This document shows, piece after piece, positions 19,811 to 29,510 of a stretch of DNA of 64,000 nt. Source of the stretch: an uncultured candidate division Zixibacteria bacterium (lineage in GTDB: Bacteria; Zixibacteria; MSB-5A5; GN15; FEB-12); the NCBI GenBank assembly GCA_963664195.1, contig OY760907.1, positions 128,001 through 192,000 of the forward strand, read 5' to 3'. A program made the translations under genes and the position numbers. The notes under the pieces are model-generated. The model was not told where the DNA came from and did no database searches. It worked only from the letters and a program-made list of their open reading frames with translations. Within the stretch, counting starts at the first letter, position 1, and every line of letters begins with the position of its first letter.

Positions 19811-19835
19811 GCGGCCGAATAATCGGTCGCTTTTT
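19811..19835 (+). terminator. Intrinsic terminator
   Basis: GCGGCCGA-ATAA-TCGGTCGC followed by TTTTT. Confidence 0.75.
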
Positions 19836-20246
19836 CCCTTGCCCGAAGTACAATAGCATCAACAGATAAGAGCGAGAAACGTACTATCTGTATTCAATAC
19901 GGTAGAACAACCTTCTATACAGGTGGAGCACGACAACCAGGATGCAACATTCCCATTGTGAGAACTGACAGCCGCACGGCACACTCACGCCGTTCCAGCC
20001 CCGAACCCGGCTCCAGCACCGCGACAGTTACCTGAATCTCCGACAGAAAACGCCAAAGAGTACCCATCTGAACCGAAGTGAAGCGTCGACGCGCCTCGAT
20101 TCATAGGGCCGAAGTGTCGACTGCTATGTATGGCCGGTGGCAAACGCGCTGAAAGCTGCGTTTTGCGTTAGTTTTGAAGCCTAAGAATTGTCTATAAGAG
20201 GTTGTAGCGGTTTCGAGCAAACCAAACAAGAAAAGGCGGTATAGTC

Positions 20247-20468
20247 ATGAAAACACCAATCCCCGACTATCTTGAAGCCATGGTGAACAACTCCAGAGAT
20301 GCGTTTTGCGACACTCTTCACAATCCCGCTCTCTGGTCAGAAGCCCTGGCCAAACGCACCCTTGAGCGTATCGGCAGCCAGGCATTTAACATCAGCGACG
20401 TGCAAACAGTCATCAAGGACTACGTCTCGGTTCTTTCGGAAGCCATAAGAAGAGGCGAGACTTTTTAG
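20247..20468 (+). CDS. Small hypothetical protein (73 aa)
   Basis: ATG with purine-rich upstream; protein-like amphipathic composition; no family recognised. Confidence 0.5.
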   Translation: MKTPIPDYLEAMVNNSRDAFCDTLHNPALWSEALAKRTLERIGSQAFNISDVQTVIKDYVSVLSEAIRRGETF

Positions 20469-20667
20469 ACTCTTTGCATTATATTATACAGAGAGGCAAA
20501 CGGCACAACACAGGATTCCTGGGAGTAGGCCGGTCGTCAGGTAGGACACCGGCAATAGGATAGCGATGAAACTGCTATCAACCTCTTTAAGACAATTTGG
20601 GCAAATAACTACGAGAAGGACATACGTCTGCGGGCACCCTGCTCGTATTGTCGTGTGGTAATCGAGA

Positions 20668-22098
20668 ATGGAAATAGTAACTTCCAAAGTATCGGTATAT
20701 GAAGTCGAGTTGGATCTGAAAAGATGGGACAAGATTGACAGCAGCCAGGTACCGAGTTTCTATGCCGCCCTTTCCGATTCCATACCGTCCGTCAAAGAAC
20801 ACAAGTGCATGAGCGGCAAAGCCGGCGGGTTCCTCGCCGAGCTGCGCAAAGGAACCAACTTCGCTCACGTTATCGAACACGTACTGTTGGAGTTGATCAG
20901 CCTCTCCGATCCGGAGAAGCAAGTCTACACCGGCTGGACACGGGAAAAGGGTGACCATCAATACGTCATTCACTACGGTGCACCCGACTTTCTCACCGGT
21001 CGACTGGCCGCCATACTCGGCGTGGACATTGTCAAACGGCTGATCAACGAAGAATCCATAGACCTTGAGCATTACATCGGCCTGCTGAAACAGCCGTCAA
21101 AGTATTTCACGCAGGATGCAAGGGTTTCTGAAAACTTGCTGAATATGAGCGAACCGGTCAGTGTCATCCAGGAATTGGAAAGCCCGCCGGCCGATAAGAA
21201 GGAGGCTGCTCCTGTTCCTCAACTCAGCGATGAACAGAGAGCCAATATCCAGGCGATTCTTAAAGAGGTAAAGAAGCACGTCGGTCACATTGTGGAGTTG
21301 TGGTCGAAATCTTTCCTCGAGTACAGCGGCGATTTCGGGCGGGCAATCATCGACAAGATCGAGCTTATCAATGTTGACAGATTCATGCCGTCGCTGGTGG
21401 CAGGCGATTTCGATGGCTTCTTCCGTGGCGTAAAAAACGTCTGCTATGTCATCAGTTCCTATCGCATTCCCATGCACTTCCTTACCCATTCCATCTGGCT
21501 CTACAAGAATCACCTGATGGGTTACATAATCGAAGAGCACAAGGACGAAAAGGAATTCTTGCACCAGGCGGTTCAGGATTTCGAGGACTTCTTCCAGATC
21601 ATCCTGCGAAATGTCTCCGTAGGCTTTGAAACTTCTCCCCCCGCAGGAAGTGCCGCACCACTGCATGAGTTGAAGGAATTCCGTGAGCTTAAGGAGAGCA
21701 AGGAATTGATCCTGGCAGTGGACGACGATGAGATTACACGCCGTGCCTTCAGGGATATCCTTGAGTATCATGGATACCGCACTATCCTCGCACGCGACGG
21801 GAACCAGGCGCTGGAGATTCTTCGCGAGAAGGGAACGGAGATAACCCTCGTCATTCTGGACCTGTTCATGCCCGGTATGGATGGAAGAGAAGTGTACTCT
21901 CGAATCAAAGAAACGTATCCGACCATCAACATCCTTGTCTCGAGCGGATATCCGATAGATCACGAAACCGGGGACATGCTGACACGTGATCTGGTTTGCT
22001 TCATCAGCAAACCGTTCAAAGTCGAGGAATTCCTAGTGAAAGTACAGTCGCTCCTTGAGCGCGGGACCAATACCGATACATCGCTCGGCGGCTGGTAG
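20668..22098 (+). CDS. Fusion: cyanophycin-synthetase-like N domain + helical (globin/RsbR-N-like) domain + C-terminal receiver domain
   Basis: HKCMSGKAGGF..GTNFAHVIEHVLLEL (Cx19HxxEH); REC motifs ILAVDDD, LVILDLFMPGMDG, VSSGY, FISKPF. Confidence 0.8.
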   Translation: MEIVTSKVSVYEVELDLKRWDKIDSSQVPSFYAALSDSIPSVKEHKCMSGKAGGFLAELRKGTNFAHVIEHVLLELISLSDPEKQVYTGWTREKGDHQYVIHYGAPDFLTGRLAAILGVDIVKRLINEESIDLEHYIGLLKQPSKYFTQDARVSENLLNMSEPVSVIQELESPPADKKEAAPVPQLSDEQRANIQAILKEVKKHVGHIVELWSKSFLEYSGDFGRAIIDKIELINVDRFMPSLVAGDFDGFFRGVKNVCYVISSYRIPMHFLTHSIWLYKNHLMGYIIEEHKDEKEFLHQAVQDFEDFFQIILRNVSVGFETSPPAGSAAPLHELKEFRELKESKELILAVDDDEITRRAFRDILEYHGYRTILARDGNQALEILREKGTEITLVILDLFMPGMDGREVYSRIKETYPTINILVSSGYPIDHETGDMLTRDLVCFISKPFKVEEFLVKVQSLLERGTNTDTSLGGW

Positions 22099-22564
22099 AA
22101 GTATTCATGCTGGTTGGATTGCGCGGGCAATTGAACTACCCTCATCTCGGCGACGCATTCCACCTGTCGGCCGGATACAGGCCGTATTCGGCACAAGAGA
22201 AATCTGCACATTGGCTGCCAGACCGGCTCATCACCCCGCCGGGTAAGAAGGTGGCCGGCAGAACAAAAACGCAGAAGGCCGGCTTACGGTGCGGTTGCCC
22301 GGCGTTCAGCGAATAGATGTGCCGCAGCGCCGGTGCTTGTCAGAACATCCCTGGAGGAACGAAATCGTCTCACGATTGTTGCTCCTCGTGGTAGGAAACG
22401 GATTTGCCCGGGTCGGCAACATCGGAGGTACACCTTTTCGACTGATCCAAGCAACTTGTATCCGAGCCGGGTACGCCGGCTTTCCCTTATGATGTTTCAC
22501 GGTGCCTGACAGACCGTCACCCGCGCGCTTCGTTTCGGGTTACCCGTACCGAGAGGAGTCGACA

Positions 22565-23731
22565 ATGAGCAGGAAGACAGATCTCAAGTTGAGGAAATTC
22601 GTTGCACCGGAAATTATATTCGGTGAACATGCCCTGACATTCGCAGGTCATTACGCACACAAGTTCGGAAGTCGACGCGTCTTGCTCGTGACCGATCCGG
22701 GAGTTATGAAGGCCGGTTGGGCTGATCGTGTAATCACCAGCCTTCGGGAATCACGTATTCCCTACGAGATATACTCGTCGGTCACTCCGAATCCCAAGGA
22801 GTCCGAGGTCATGCGCGGCGCCGAGCTGTACCGCAGTGCCGGCTGCGACTGCATTGTGGCCGTGGGCGGCGGCAGCCCGCTCGACTGTGCCAAGGGGATC
22901 GGAATTGTCTGTTCCAATAACGACGACATTCTGAAATTCGAGGGCGTCGATCAGATTTCGTCTCCCACGCCGCCGATGATTTGTGTCCCCACGACAGGCG
23001 GCACCTCGGCCGATGTTTCGCAGTTTGCAATCATCAACGATACCGGCCGTCGGACGAAAATCGCAATCATCAGCAAGGCGATTGTACCCGACGTCGCGCT
23101 GGTCGATCCGTCAACACTCACTACCATGGACCCGTACCTGACCGCCTGCACAGGACTCGATGCACTTGTCCACGCTATCGAGGCATTTGTGTCAAATGCC
23201 AGCTCTCCCCTGACCGACGTTCACGCTCTCAAAGCCGTGGAGTTGGTGACAAAAAACCTGGAAGCCACGCTGGCCGATCCGGACAACGTGGAGAAACGAT
23301 CGCAGGTGATGCTCGGCAGTCTGGAGGCCGGTCTGGCCTTTTCAAACGCCAGTCTTGGAGCGGTCCATGCCATGGCACACAGTCTTGGCGGTTTTCTTGA
23401 CTTGCCTCACGGCGAATGTAATGCCATGTTGTTGAGGCACGTGGTAGCCTACAACTTTGAAACAGAAGCGGACCGTTTCAAGGAGATCGGCAAAGCTATG
23501 GGACTCGACGTGAGAGGCATGGTTATTAAGGACGTCAAAAGAGCCATTCTCAATGCGGTGGACGCCCTGAGAACGCGGGTTGGAGTCACAGAGACTCTCT
23601 CTCCGAGAGGGGTCAAGACTGACGACATCCCCGATCTGGCTTCGCGGGCCATCGCCGACGCCTGCATCGTGACCAATCCCCGCAAGTCAACTCAGAGAGA
23701 CCTTGAGGTTATCTATGAAGAAGCGCTCTGA
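22565..23731 (+). CDS. ercA: Iron-containing alcohol dehydrogenase family protein, ErcA-like
   Basis: LRKFVAPEIIFG N-terminus; GGGSPLD, PTTGGTSADVSQF, DALVHAIE, HAMAH..PHG; overlaps a kinase with an ErcS-type N-terminus. Confidence 0.8.
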   Translation: MSRKTDLKLRKFVAPEIIFGEHALTFAGHYAHKFGSRRVLLVTDPGVMKAGWADRVITSLRESRIPYEIYSSVTPNPKESEVMRGAELYRSAGCDCIVAVGGGSPLDCAKGIGIVCSNNDDILKFEGVDQISSPTPPMICVPTTGGTSADVSQFAIINDTGRRTKIAIISKAIVPDVALVDPSTLTTMDPYLTACTGLDALVHAIEAFVSNASSPLTDVHALKAVELVTKNLEATLADPDNVEKRSQVMLGSLEAGLAFSNASLGAVHAMAHSLGGFLDLPHGECNAMLLRHVVAYNFETEADRFKEIGKAMGLDVRGMVIKDVKRAILNAVDALRTRVGVTETLSPRGVKTDDIPDLASRAIADACIVTNPRKSTQRDLEVIYEEAL

Positions 23732-26700
23732 GTCTAACGATTCAGAAAAGAACCTCCGCACACAGATCATCGGCCTCGGCGATCAATCTGGTCGAAAGAG
23801 CTACTATCCGGAGCTTCAGAACAAAATCACCCAGTTGGAAAACGAGATTGCAGAACGTCAGTCCGCCGAAGCCGGCCGCGCCATCCTCTCCACTGTGATC
23901 GAGTCGACCACGGACATGGTCAGCACCTCCACAGTGGACGGCAAAGTCACCTACATGAATGCTGCCGGGGCGAAACTGCTGGGGTGGAGTCCTGATCAAA
24001 TAGAATCGAAGGAAATCGCTGATGCTCATCCGCCCTGGGCAATCGACAAAATACGCAACGAGGGTATTCCGACGGCAGAACGCGATGGCGTCTGGGAAGG
24101 TGAGACGGCCATGCTCGGTCCCGGGGGGCAGGAAATACCGGTCTCGCAAGTAATCATTGCCCACCGATCCTCATCCGGCGAAATCGAATACTACTCCACC
24201 ATCGTCCGGGACATCTCCGAACGGAAAAAAGCCGAGGATGTGCTCCAGTCGATAATGGAGGGTACGGCGTCCGCATCCGCAGAGACGTTCTTCTTAACAC
24301 TTGTCGAACGCCTGTCCTCGGTTCTTGGCGTCAAGTACGCTATGGTGGCGGAACTGGCGGAGGGTCAGAAAGAAACAGCTCGTACGCTCGCCGTATGTGC
24401 CGACGGCGCGCACGTCGACAACATCGAATATGACCTGCACGGATCACCCTGTGAGGACGTGGTCGGCAAAACCCTCTGCTATTATCCTGAAGATGTGGCA
24501 GCCCTATTCCCGGAGGACCGTCTGCTCTCCGAGATGGGCATTCATAGTTTTCTGGGGACTCCGCTGTTTGACAGTTCCGGCAAACCTCTGGGGATTCTGG
24601 CGGTTATGCACGATGAGAAGATACCGCACCCGGAGACAGCGAAGCGAATCCTGAGCATCTTCGGTTTCCGTGTCGGAGCGGAACTCGAACGCAAGCAGGC
24701 CGAGGAAGAACGCCTCGACCACCTGAAACATCTGGAGAGCATGGATCGCATTGATGAAATCATCCGCAAAACCGTCGACTCCAGGGAGATGCTCGACGGT
24801 GTCCTGCAGACAATGCTCTCTCTGTTCGGGTGCGACAGAGTCTGGCTGCTGCACCCCTGCAACCCGGATGCGGAGTCTTTTGTGGTTCCCCACGAATACA
24901 CCCGCCCAGAGTACCCGGGGGCTGGTGCCGGCGTTTCGGTCCCCATTACGCATGAGACCAGCGAGGCGTTCAAGACAATGCTGGCTTCGGATGAGGCTGT
25001 CTGCCATGGTCCAGGCTCCGATAATGAGATACCGACAGTCTCCAGACAGTTCGGCGTTCTCGCTCAGTTGACTATAGCGATATACCCCAAGGTTGGCGAA
25101 CCGTGGATCCTCGGCATGCACCAGTGCTCCCGTGAGAGGGTCTGGTCTGATCAGGAGAAGCGGCTCTTCAAGGACATCAGTCGCCGCCTTGCCGACGCTT
25201 TGAGCACGGTTCTTTCTTACCGGAATCTCGTTGACAGCGAGGAGCGTTTTCGCGCCCTTGTGGAAACGTCGAGCGACTGGATATGGGAAATCGACTCCAA
25301 CGGCACCTACACATATTGTAGCCCCAAGATTCGAGACCTGTTGGGCTACGATCCGCAGGAAGTCCTCGGAAAAACACCCCTTGATCTCATGCCCCGGGAT
25401 GAAGCGGAGCGACTCCGAGATACTCTCTTGAGGCATCTCCAGGCGCAGCAACCGGTGGTTGGAATGGAAAACCGCTGTCTCCACAAAAACGGGTGGGAGG
25501 TCATACTCGAGACCAGCGGGGTGCCGATTAACGACGCCGGCGGCAACGTGATCGGTTTCCGGGGAATCGACCGCGACATCACCGACCGAAAACGCGCCGA
25601 TGAGATCATCAGAAACAGACTCGATAGCTTAACACGACCGGATTCCGAAACCGCTGACCTGACGTTTACTGATTTGTTTGACCTCGACGAGATTCAGAAG
25701 ATCCAGGACGCTTTTGCCGAAGCCACTGATGTCGCCTCGATCATCACCGATACCGCCGGGCAGCCTATTACCAAACCCAGCAATTTCTGCCGCCTCTGCC
25801 GCGACGTCATCCGGAGAACAGAAAAAGGGCTGAGAAACTGCATGTACTCCGATGCAGTAATCGGACGCCCCAACGCCGACGGGCCGGTGGCGCAACCCTG
25901 CTTGAGCGGCGGACTGTGGGACGGCGGCACATCCATAACGGTCGGCGGAAAACACGTGGCCAACTGGCTGATCGGCCAGGTGCGAAACGATGCCCTCAAC
26001 GTAAGTGACATGATGGAATACGCCAAGGAAATCGGCGCGGACCCGGATGAATTCCAGTCCGCTCTTGCCGAGGTACCCATCATGTCTACGCGGCAGTTCA
26101 AGGGCATCTGCAATGCCCTCTACCTCGTCGCCAATCAGCTTTCTCAGATGGCATTTCACAATATCCTGCAGGCCAGGGCCATGTCCGAACGGAAGAGGGC
26201 AGAGAAAGCTCTGCGGGATAGCGAGTACAAGTACCGTGAGTTGGTAGAGAACGCCAACAGCATCATTCTACGCTGGGATACTGAGGGACGGATTACGTTC
26301 TTCAACGAATACGCTCAGAAATTCTTCGGGTACACCGAGGACGAAGTACTGGGGAGACACGTCATCGGAACGATTGTCCCCGAGTCGGAGTCCACAGGTC
26401 GTGATCTGGCCCCCTTGATGAATGACATTGTCGGGAATCCACAAAAATACCTGTATAACGTCAACGAAAACATGCTCAAAACCGGCCAACACGTTTGGAT
26501 CGCCTGGACCAACAAGGCTATGTTTGACGACGACGGTACACTGATCGGCGCTCTGAGCATTGGAGTAGACATAACAGATCGCAAGCGTGCCGAAGAGGCG
26601 CTCCGCCGGAGCGAAGAAAAGTACCGCGTGCTGTTCGAGCAGTCGGCCGATGCTATTCTCATTATTGAGGACGGCCGATTCGTTGATTGCAATGACGCGG

Positions 26701-29384
26701 CTGTTGCTATGCTGCGCTATGAGAGCAAGGAGCAGTTCCTGAAGACCCACCCGTCAGAACTCTCCCCTGACATGCAGTCAGACGGCCGCAGCTCGTTTGA
26801 GAAGGCCGAGGAAATGATGCGAATTGCTCGCGATACCGGCTCACACCACTTCGAGTGGGAGCACAAGAGAGCAGATGGCGAGGTCTTCCCTGTCGAAGTA
26901 TCGCTGACAATGATTCCGGTTGAGGGACGCAGCATTCTGCATACCATCTGGCGCGATATCACGGATCGCAAGAGGGCCGAGGAATCGCTGCTCAAGAGCG
27001 AGGCCATGCTCAACACGACGCTTCAGGCAGCCCCTATCGGTGTGGGACTCGTCACCGACAGGATTCTCGGATGGACAAATGAACGCATCTCCGATATGCT
27101 CGGCTATACTCAGGATGAACTCAATGGCATGCCGGCACTGGACCTGTACGAAACCCAAGAGGAATACGAAAAGGCCAGTCGAGCAAGGCATACAGACGTG
27201 GAGAACACGGGCGTAGGCTCGGTTGAAACGCGCTGGGTGTGCAAGAACGGGAGCGTAATCGATGTCCTCCTGAGTTTGGCCGCAATCGACGCTGACAACT
27301 GGCAACAGGGACTGGTCTTTTCAGTTCAGGACATCACCGAACGAAAACGCAACGAAAAATTGATGCGGGGACGAAACGCCGTTTTGGAACGTCTTGCCTC
27401 CAGCGACTCGTTGGCCGAAGTCCTCTCCGCAATCGTCGAAAACGTCGAACACGTAAGGCCGGGCGTTCGCTGTTCGGCCCAGATTGTGGACAGAGAGACA
27501 AACAGCCTTCGCCACGGCGCTGCCCCAAGCTTGCCCCAGTTTTTCAACGTGGCCCTCGACGGAGCCGGTATTGGCGAGGGAGCAGCATCCTGGGGCACCG
27601 CCGCCCACAGAAGACAACGGGTGGTGGTCGAAGATGTCATGCATCATCCACTATGGGCAAACTGCACCGACCTGGCCGTGAGGACCGGCATCCGTGGCAG
27701 TTGGTCAGAACCGATAGTAGCGTCAAACGGTGAGATACTGGGCGTGTTCGCTATGTACTTTGATCAACCAACCGTGGAAAACGAGCCCGACATGGAACTC
27801 CTGACCACAGCAGCAAACCTCGCCGGTATTGCTATGGAACGGAGACTGACCGAGGAGGCCCTGCGCCAACGAGAAGAAAGCTACCGTACGCTGGTCGAAA
27901 CGATGAACGAGGGGTTCATAGGTCTCGACGTCGAGGACCGCATCACGTACGCCAATCAGCGCGCGTGCTCCATGCTCGAATATGACAGAGACGAGCTGGT
28001 CGGCCTCTCGGTATTGGTTCTTCTGGACGAGGAAAACGCAGACACATTCCAAACACAACTGGACATGCGCACCAATGACTCCCACGAGTCCTTTGAACTC
28101 ACGTGGATAAGCCGATCCGGACGCAAAGTACATACACTCGTATCACCGCGCGATGTTCGCGATGAAGCGGACGAATACTCCGGCCTGTTTGCAGTAATCA
28201 CCGACATCACCGATCTCAAGGAGCTTGAAGATCGAGTGGCGCGATCAAAGAAAATGGAACTTCTCGGCCGATTGGCCGGAACCGTGGCACACGATCTCAA
28301 CAACGTGCTTTCGGGTCTTGTGACCTACCCCGATCTTTTGTTGATGCAGGTTGACCGGAACAGCCCCTTGTACCAGCCGCTCGAAACGATCAAAGAATCC
28401 GGCGAGCGAGCAGCGGCCATTGTCGAGGATCTCCTTACGCTGGCTCGCCGTGGCGTGACGGTCAGGGAAGTGGTTGATCTCAACACCGTTGTCGAAGACC
28501 ATCTCAATTCACGAGTATTCAAACAGCTCTGCGCGGAACACGGCGGACTGCAAATAGAAACCCGCCTCTCAGAGGAGGCACAGCGAATCATGGGATCCCC
28601 GGTACACCTGGCTCAAACCGTCACCAATCTCGTCTCGAATGCGGCCGAGGCTATGCCGAACGGCGGCAAATTGAGCATCGTCACGCACGGCCAGTATGTT
28701 GACAGACCGATTTCAGGATACGAGACAATTGTCGAAGGCGAATACGCTGTCCTCGAACTGACCGATACCGGCACCGGCATTCCGGACGATGATCTCAAAC
28801 GTATTTTTGAACCGTTTTACACACGCAAGGTAATGGGGCGAAGCGGAACCGGCCTGGGGCTGACAGTGGTCTGGGGGACGGTCAACGATCACGACGGATA
28901 CATTGAGGTAGAATCAGAGCAGGGACGAGGGACAACCTTCCGCCTGTACTTCCCGGCCACAACCGCCCCCGAGGAACGGGCCGCTGAAGAGGATCTGAAA
29001 GTACGCCCGATGGGAACCGGACAACTGTTCCTCGTGGTGGACGATGCTGAACACCAGCGGCTTATTGCATCTGAGATGCTAACGACTCTGGGATTCAAGG
29101 TCGCTACAGCATCATCCGGCGAAGAAGCCGTCGAGTACGTCAAAACTAACGAGGTCGAGGTCATCCTCCTCGACATGGCTATGGGCGATGGGATGGACGG
29201 CTTGGACACGTACCGGGAGATCGTAAGTCTCCGCCCGAATCAGAAGGCAATCATTGCCAGCGGCTATGCAGCCACGGGCCGGGTTGAAGAGGCGTTGAGG
29301 CTCGGGGCCGGACAGTACATCAAGAAGCCGTACTCTCTGCAATCCATGGCCCAGGCGATCAAACAGGAGCTCTACGGCAAGTAA
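23715..29384 (+). CDS. Giant cytoplasmic hybrid histidine kinase (ErcS-like N-helix, 6 PAS, 3 GAF, PocR, HisKA, HATPase, REC)
   Basis: IIGLGDQSGRKSYYPEL start; PocR (IQKIQDAFAEAT..FC..C..C..GLWD..WLIGQV); AHDLNN, NLVSNA, DTGTGI, FEPFYTRK, GTGLGL; C-terminal REC. Confidence 0.93.
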   Translation: MKKRSESNDSEKNLRTQIIGLGDQSGRKSYYPELQNKITQLENEIAERQSAEAGRAILSTVIESTTDMVSTSTVDGKVTYMNAAGAKLLGWSPDQIESKEIADAHPPWAIDKIRNEGIPTAERDGVWEGETAMLGPGGQEIPVSQVIIAHRSSSGEIEYYSTIVRDISERKKAEDVLQSIMEGTASASAETFFLTLVERLSSVLGVKYAMVAELAEGQKETARTLAVCADGAHVDNIEYDLHGSPCEDVVGKTLCYYPEDVAALFPEDRLLSEMGIHSFLGTPLFDSSGKPLGILAVMHDEKIPHPETAKRILSIFGFRVGAELERKQAEEERLDHLKHLESMDRIDEIIRKTVDSREMLDGVLQTMLSLFGCDRVWLLHPCNPDAESFVVPHEYTRPEYPGAGAGVSVPITHETSEAFKTMLASDEAVCHGPGSDNEIPTVSRQFGVLAQLTIAIYPKVGEPWILGMHQCSRERVWSDQEKRLFKDISRRLADALSTVLSYRNLVDSEERFRALVETSSDWIWEIDSNGTYTYCSPKIRDLLGYDPQEVLGKTPLDLMPRDEAERLRDTLLRHLQAQQPVVGMENRCLHKNGWEVILETSGVPINDAGGNVIGFRGIDRDITDRKRADEIIRNRLDSLTRPDSETADLTFTDLFDLDEIQKIQDAFAEATDVASIITDTAGQPITKPSNFCRLCRDVIRRTEKGLRNCMYSDAVIGRPNADGPVAQPCLSGGLWDGGTSITVGGKHVANWLIGQVRNDALNVSDMMEYAKEIGADPDEFQSALAEVPIMSTRQFKGICNALYLVANQLSQMAFHNILQARAMSERKRAEKALRDSEYKYRELVENANSIILRWDTEGRITFFNEYAQKFFGYTEDEVLGRHVIGTIVPESESTGRDLAPLMNDIVGNPQKYLYNVNENMLKTGQHVWIAWTNKAMFDDDGTLIGALSIGVDITDRKRAEEALRRSEEKYRVLFEQSADAILIIEDGRFVDCNDAAVAMLRYESKEQFLKTHPSELSPDMQSDGRSSFEKAEEMMRIARDTGSHHFEWEHKRADGEVFPVEVSLTMIPVEGRSILHTIWRDITDRKRAEESLLKSEAMLNTTLQAAPIGVGLVTDRILGWTNERISDMLGYTQDELNGMPALDLYETQEEYEKASRARHTDVENTGVGSVETRWVCKNGSVIDVLLSLAAIDADNWQQGLVFSVQDITERKRNEKLMRGRNAVLERLASSDSLAEVLSAIVENVEHVRPGVRCSAQIVDRETNSLRHGAAPSLPQFFNVALDGAGIGEGAASWGTAAHRRQRVVVEDVMHHPLWANCTDLAVRTGIRGSWSEPIVASNGEILGVFAMYFDQPTVENEPDMELLTTAANLAGIAMERRLTEEALRQREESYRTLVETMNEGFIGLDVEDRITYANQRACSMLEYDRDELVGLSVLVLLDEENADTFQTQLDMRTNDSHESFELTWISRSGRKVHTLVSPRDVRDEADEYSGLFAVITDITDLKELEDRVARSKKMELLGRLAGTVAHDLNNVLSGLVTYPDLLLMQVDRNSPLYQPLETIKESGERAAAIVEDLLTLARRGVTVREVVDLNTVVEDHLNSRVFKQLCAEHGGLQIETRLSEEAQRIMGSPVHLAQTVTNLVSNAAEAMPNGGKLSIVTHGQYVDRPISGYETIVEGEYAVLELTDTGTGIPDDDLKRIFEPFYTRKVMGRSGTGLGLTVVWGTVNDHDGYIEVESEQGRGTTFRLYFPATTAPEERAAEEDLKVRPMGTGQLFLVVDDAEHQRLIASEMLTTLGFKVATASSGEEAVEYVKTNEVEVILLDMAMGDGMDGLDTYREIVSLRPNQKAIIASGYAATGRVEEALRLGAGQYIKKPYSLQSMAQAIKQELYGK

Positions 29385-29510
29385 CTGCAGATATCTGAGA
29401 CCGACACACGCGTACTTCTGCGAGCCTGTCGATATCGTCGCTAATGAAGATGTTTACTCAAAGATGAGCCTGACTCATACGAGCCCGTTTGTAGATCGCA
29501 CTCTCGGAAG

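Noticed and set aside
20137..20167. GGCAAACGCGCTGAAAGCTGCGTTTTGC resembling the first stem of a c-di-GMP-I riboswitch
   Set aside because: The following GACGCAAA junction and second stem are absent; it is only a hairpin.
20566..20667. In-frame upstream ATG (MKLLSTSLRQFG) faintly like the CphA N-terminus
   Set aside because: Separated from the gene by a TAA stop, and the similarity is too weak to claim readthrough.
22400..22500. AAGGGAAAGCCGG on the minus strand, cobalamin-riboswitch-like
   Set aside because: Wrong strand for ercA, and no B12 box found.
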